This document shows positions 5,906 through 6,751 of a DNA stretch of 6,751 bases, one piece after another (the first letter of the stretch is position 1; each line of letters opens with the position of its first letter). This stretch comes from Promethearchaeota archaeon (GTDB taxonomy: Archaea; Asgardarchaeota; Thorarchaeia; Thorarchaeales; Thorarchaeaceae). Below the pieces are notes generated by a model. It saw only the letters and a program-made list of their open reading frames with translations, did no database searches and was not told where the DNA came from. The DNA lies in assembly GCA_027031765.1 (NCBI GenBank), contig JALVPN010000035.1, forward strand, positions 1 through 6,751, read 5' to 3'. The position numbers were made by a program, and so were the translations under genes.

Positions 5906-6751
5906 GTGTGTGAACAGGCCCTGCTATGTGACTCTAGGGGTGTGCCACTCCCTGGCGTAGTCAGGTGGACACCCGATGGCCCGGTAGTCGTGCCTGAGGA
6001 CGGCCCCATCTCAGGAGAGGTATACTACTCCGTCGAGGATGAACTGTTCCCTGCTGAAACAGGGACGACGCTGAGAATCCCGACCAAACGGCGTGTCCTT
6101 GTGAAGTTCCCGCCACTCGTCGTCAGGCGCCTACCATATTGCTCCGGCGGCGAGATTGACACGACTGAGGACCTCTATCCCCGCTCCACTCACTCCTGGT
6201 ACGTCCGTTATCGGATTGGGCTGCGGGTCACCGGCGGGCCAGACCACACTTACGTCCTGCAGGAGGTACATGACGACGAACGGCTGTGGCTGACAGTCGT
6301 CGACCATGAGGGCAGGGTCGTCGAGTCCCACTGGGTTCACCCCTTTGAGGCCGGCCCGCTCCTCCTGGACGATGACTCCACCGCACTCCTCAAGATGTTC
6401 TCGGTCTCGCAGATGTCGCGCCCGGAGCTGCTCGGAGTACTTGATGGGCCCCCGCCACCACGGTCTGCCATGGTGCGCCTGATGGAGGGTGCTGACATCC
6501 CCATGGCAGGTGCCGGCGATGATGCCAGGTCCGTACTCACACCGCTCGTGCCGACATCGTTCACGCCACGCCAGCGCGAAGAGATGATGGCATTCCTCTA
6601 CCTGGTGGCAACAGGTCATACGGTACCGGACGACCCGCTGGTATTCCTGCAACGGTGCTTCAATGCGCCCTATCTCCGTGGCCTCCTGCTCAGACACTAC
6701 CGCTTTGTCCTCAGTGGCAGGCGGCCGCCGTCGTACGTCTCGGTCTTCCAC
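5906..6751 (+). CDS. Hypothetical protein, 5' part (runs off window)
   Basis: Frame 2 is open from 5816 to the window end. GAGGAG (5894-5899) lies 6 nt before GTG 5906. It translates as MCEQALLCDSRGVPLPGVVRWTPDG...VKFPPLVVRRLPY...HWVHPFEAG...FLYLVATGHTVPDDPLVFLQRCFNAPYLRGLLLRHY... with coding-like codon bias. It is absent from the ORF track because no stop is reached. Confidence 0.85.
   Translation, partial: MCEQALLCDSRGVPLPGVVRWTPDGPVVVPEDGPISGEVYYSVEDELFPAETGTTLRIPTKRRVLVKFPPLVVRRLPYCSGGEIDTTEDLYPRSTHSWYVRYRIGLRVTGGPDHTYVLQEVHDDERLWLTVVDHEGRVVESHWVHPFEAGPLLLDDDSTALLKMFSVSQMSRPELLGVLDGPPPPRSAMVRLMEGADIPMAGAGDDARSVLTPLVPTSFTPRQREEMMAFLYLVATGHTVPDDPLVFLQRCFNAPYLRGLLLRHYRFVLSGRRPPSYVSVFH

Noticed and set aside
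6131-6751. 206-aa minus-strand ORF in the track
   Set aside because: Antisense shadow of the plus-strand gene, which has the better codon pattern, an RBS and a protein-like sequence.

Overview
GC-rich archaeal-looking window, with GGTGA/GGAGG ribosome-binding sites, TATA-like boxes and oligo-T tracts. The protein styles suggest an Asgard/Thorarchaeota-like host, but that taxonomy is inference. Left to right: the 3' end of a membrane-anchored surface protein (+); a NIF3-family dinuclear metal protein (+); then a minus-strand run read right to left as a 27-aa peptide gene, dsrE-dsrF-dsrH (TusD/C/B-like sulfur relay), a CPBP/Abi intramembrane protease and an orphan ~7-TM protein; finally the 5' part of a large hypothetical gene (+) that is missing from the ORF track. 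The most striking observation is the small ORF at 5608-5691 (-), MEH-NVPADPSPDYPF-SVPADPSPDYPF. It carries two tandem 12-aa units whose DNA copies differ at 4 of 36 positions, three of them synonymous in this frame. It also has a well-spaced GGTGAT RBS and a downstream hairpin plus T-tract. It looks like a selected repeat-core peptide precursor, upstream of a sulfur relay, a peptide-processing protease family and a receptor-like membrane protein.
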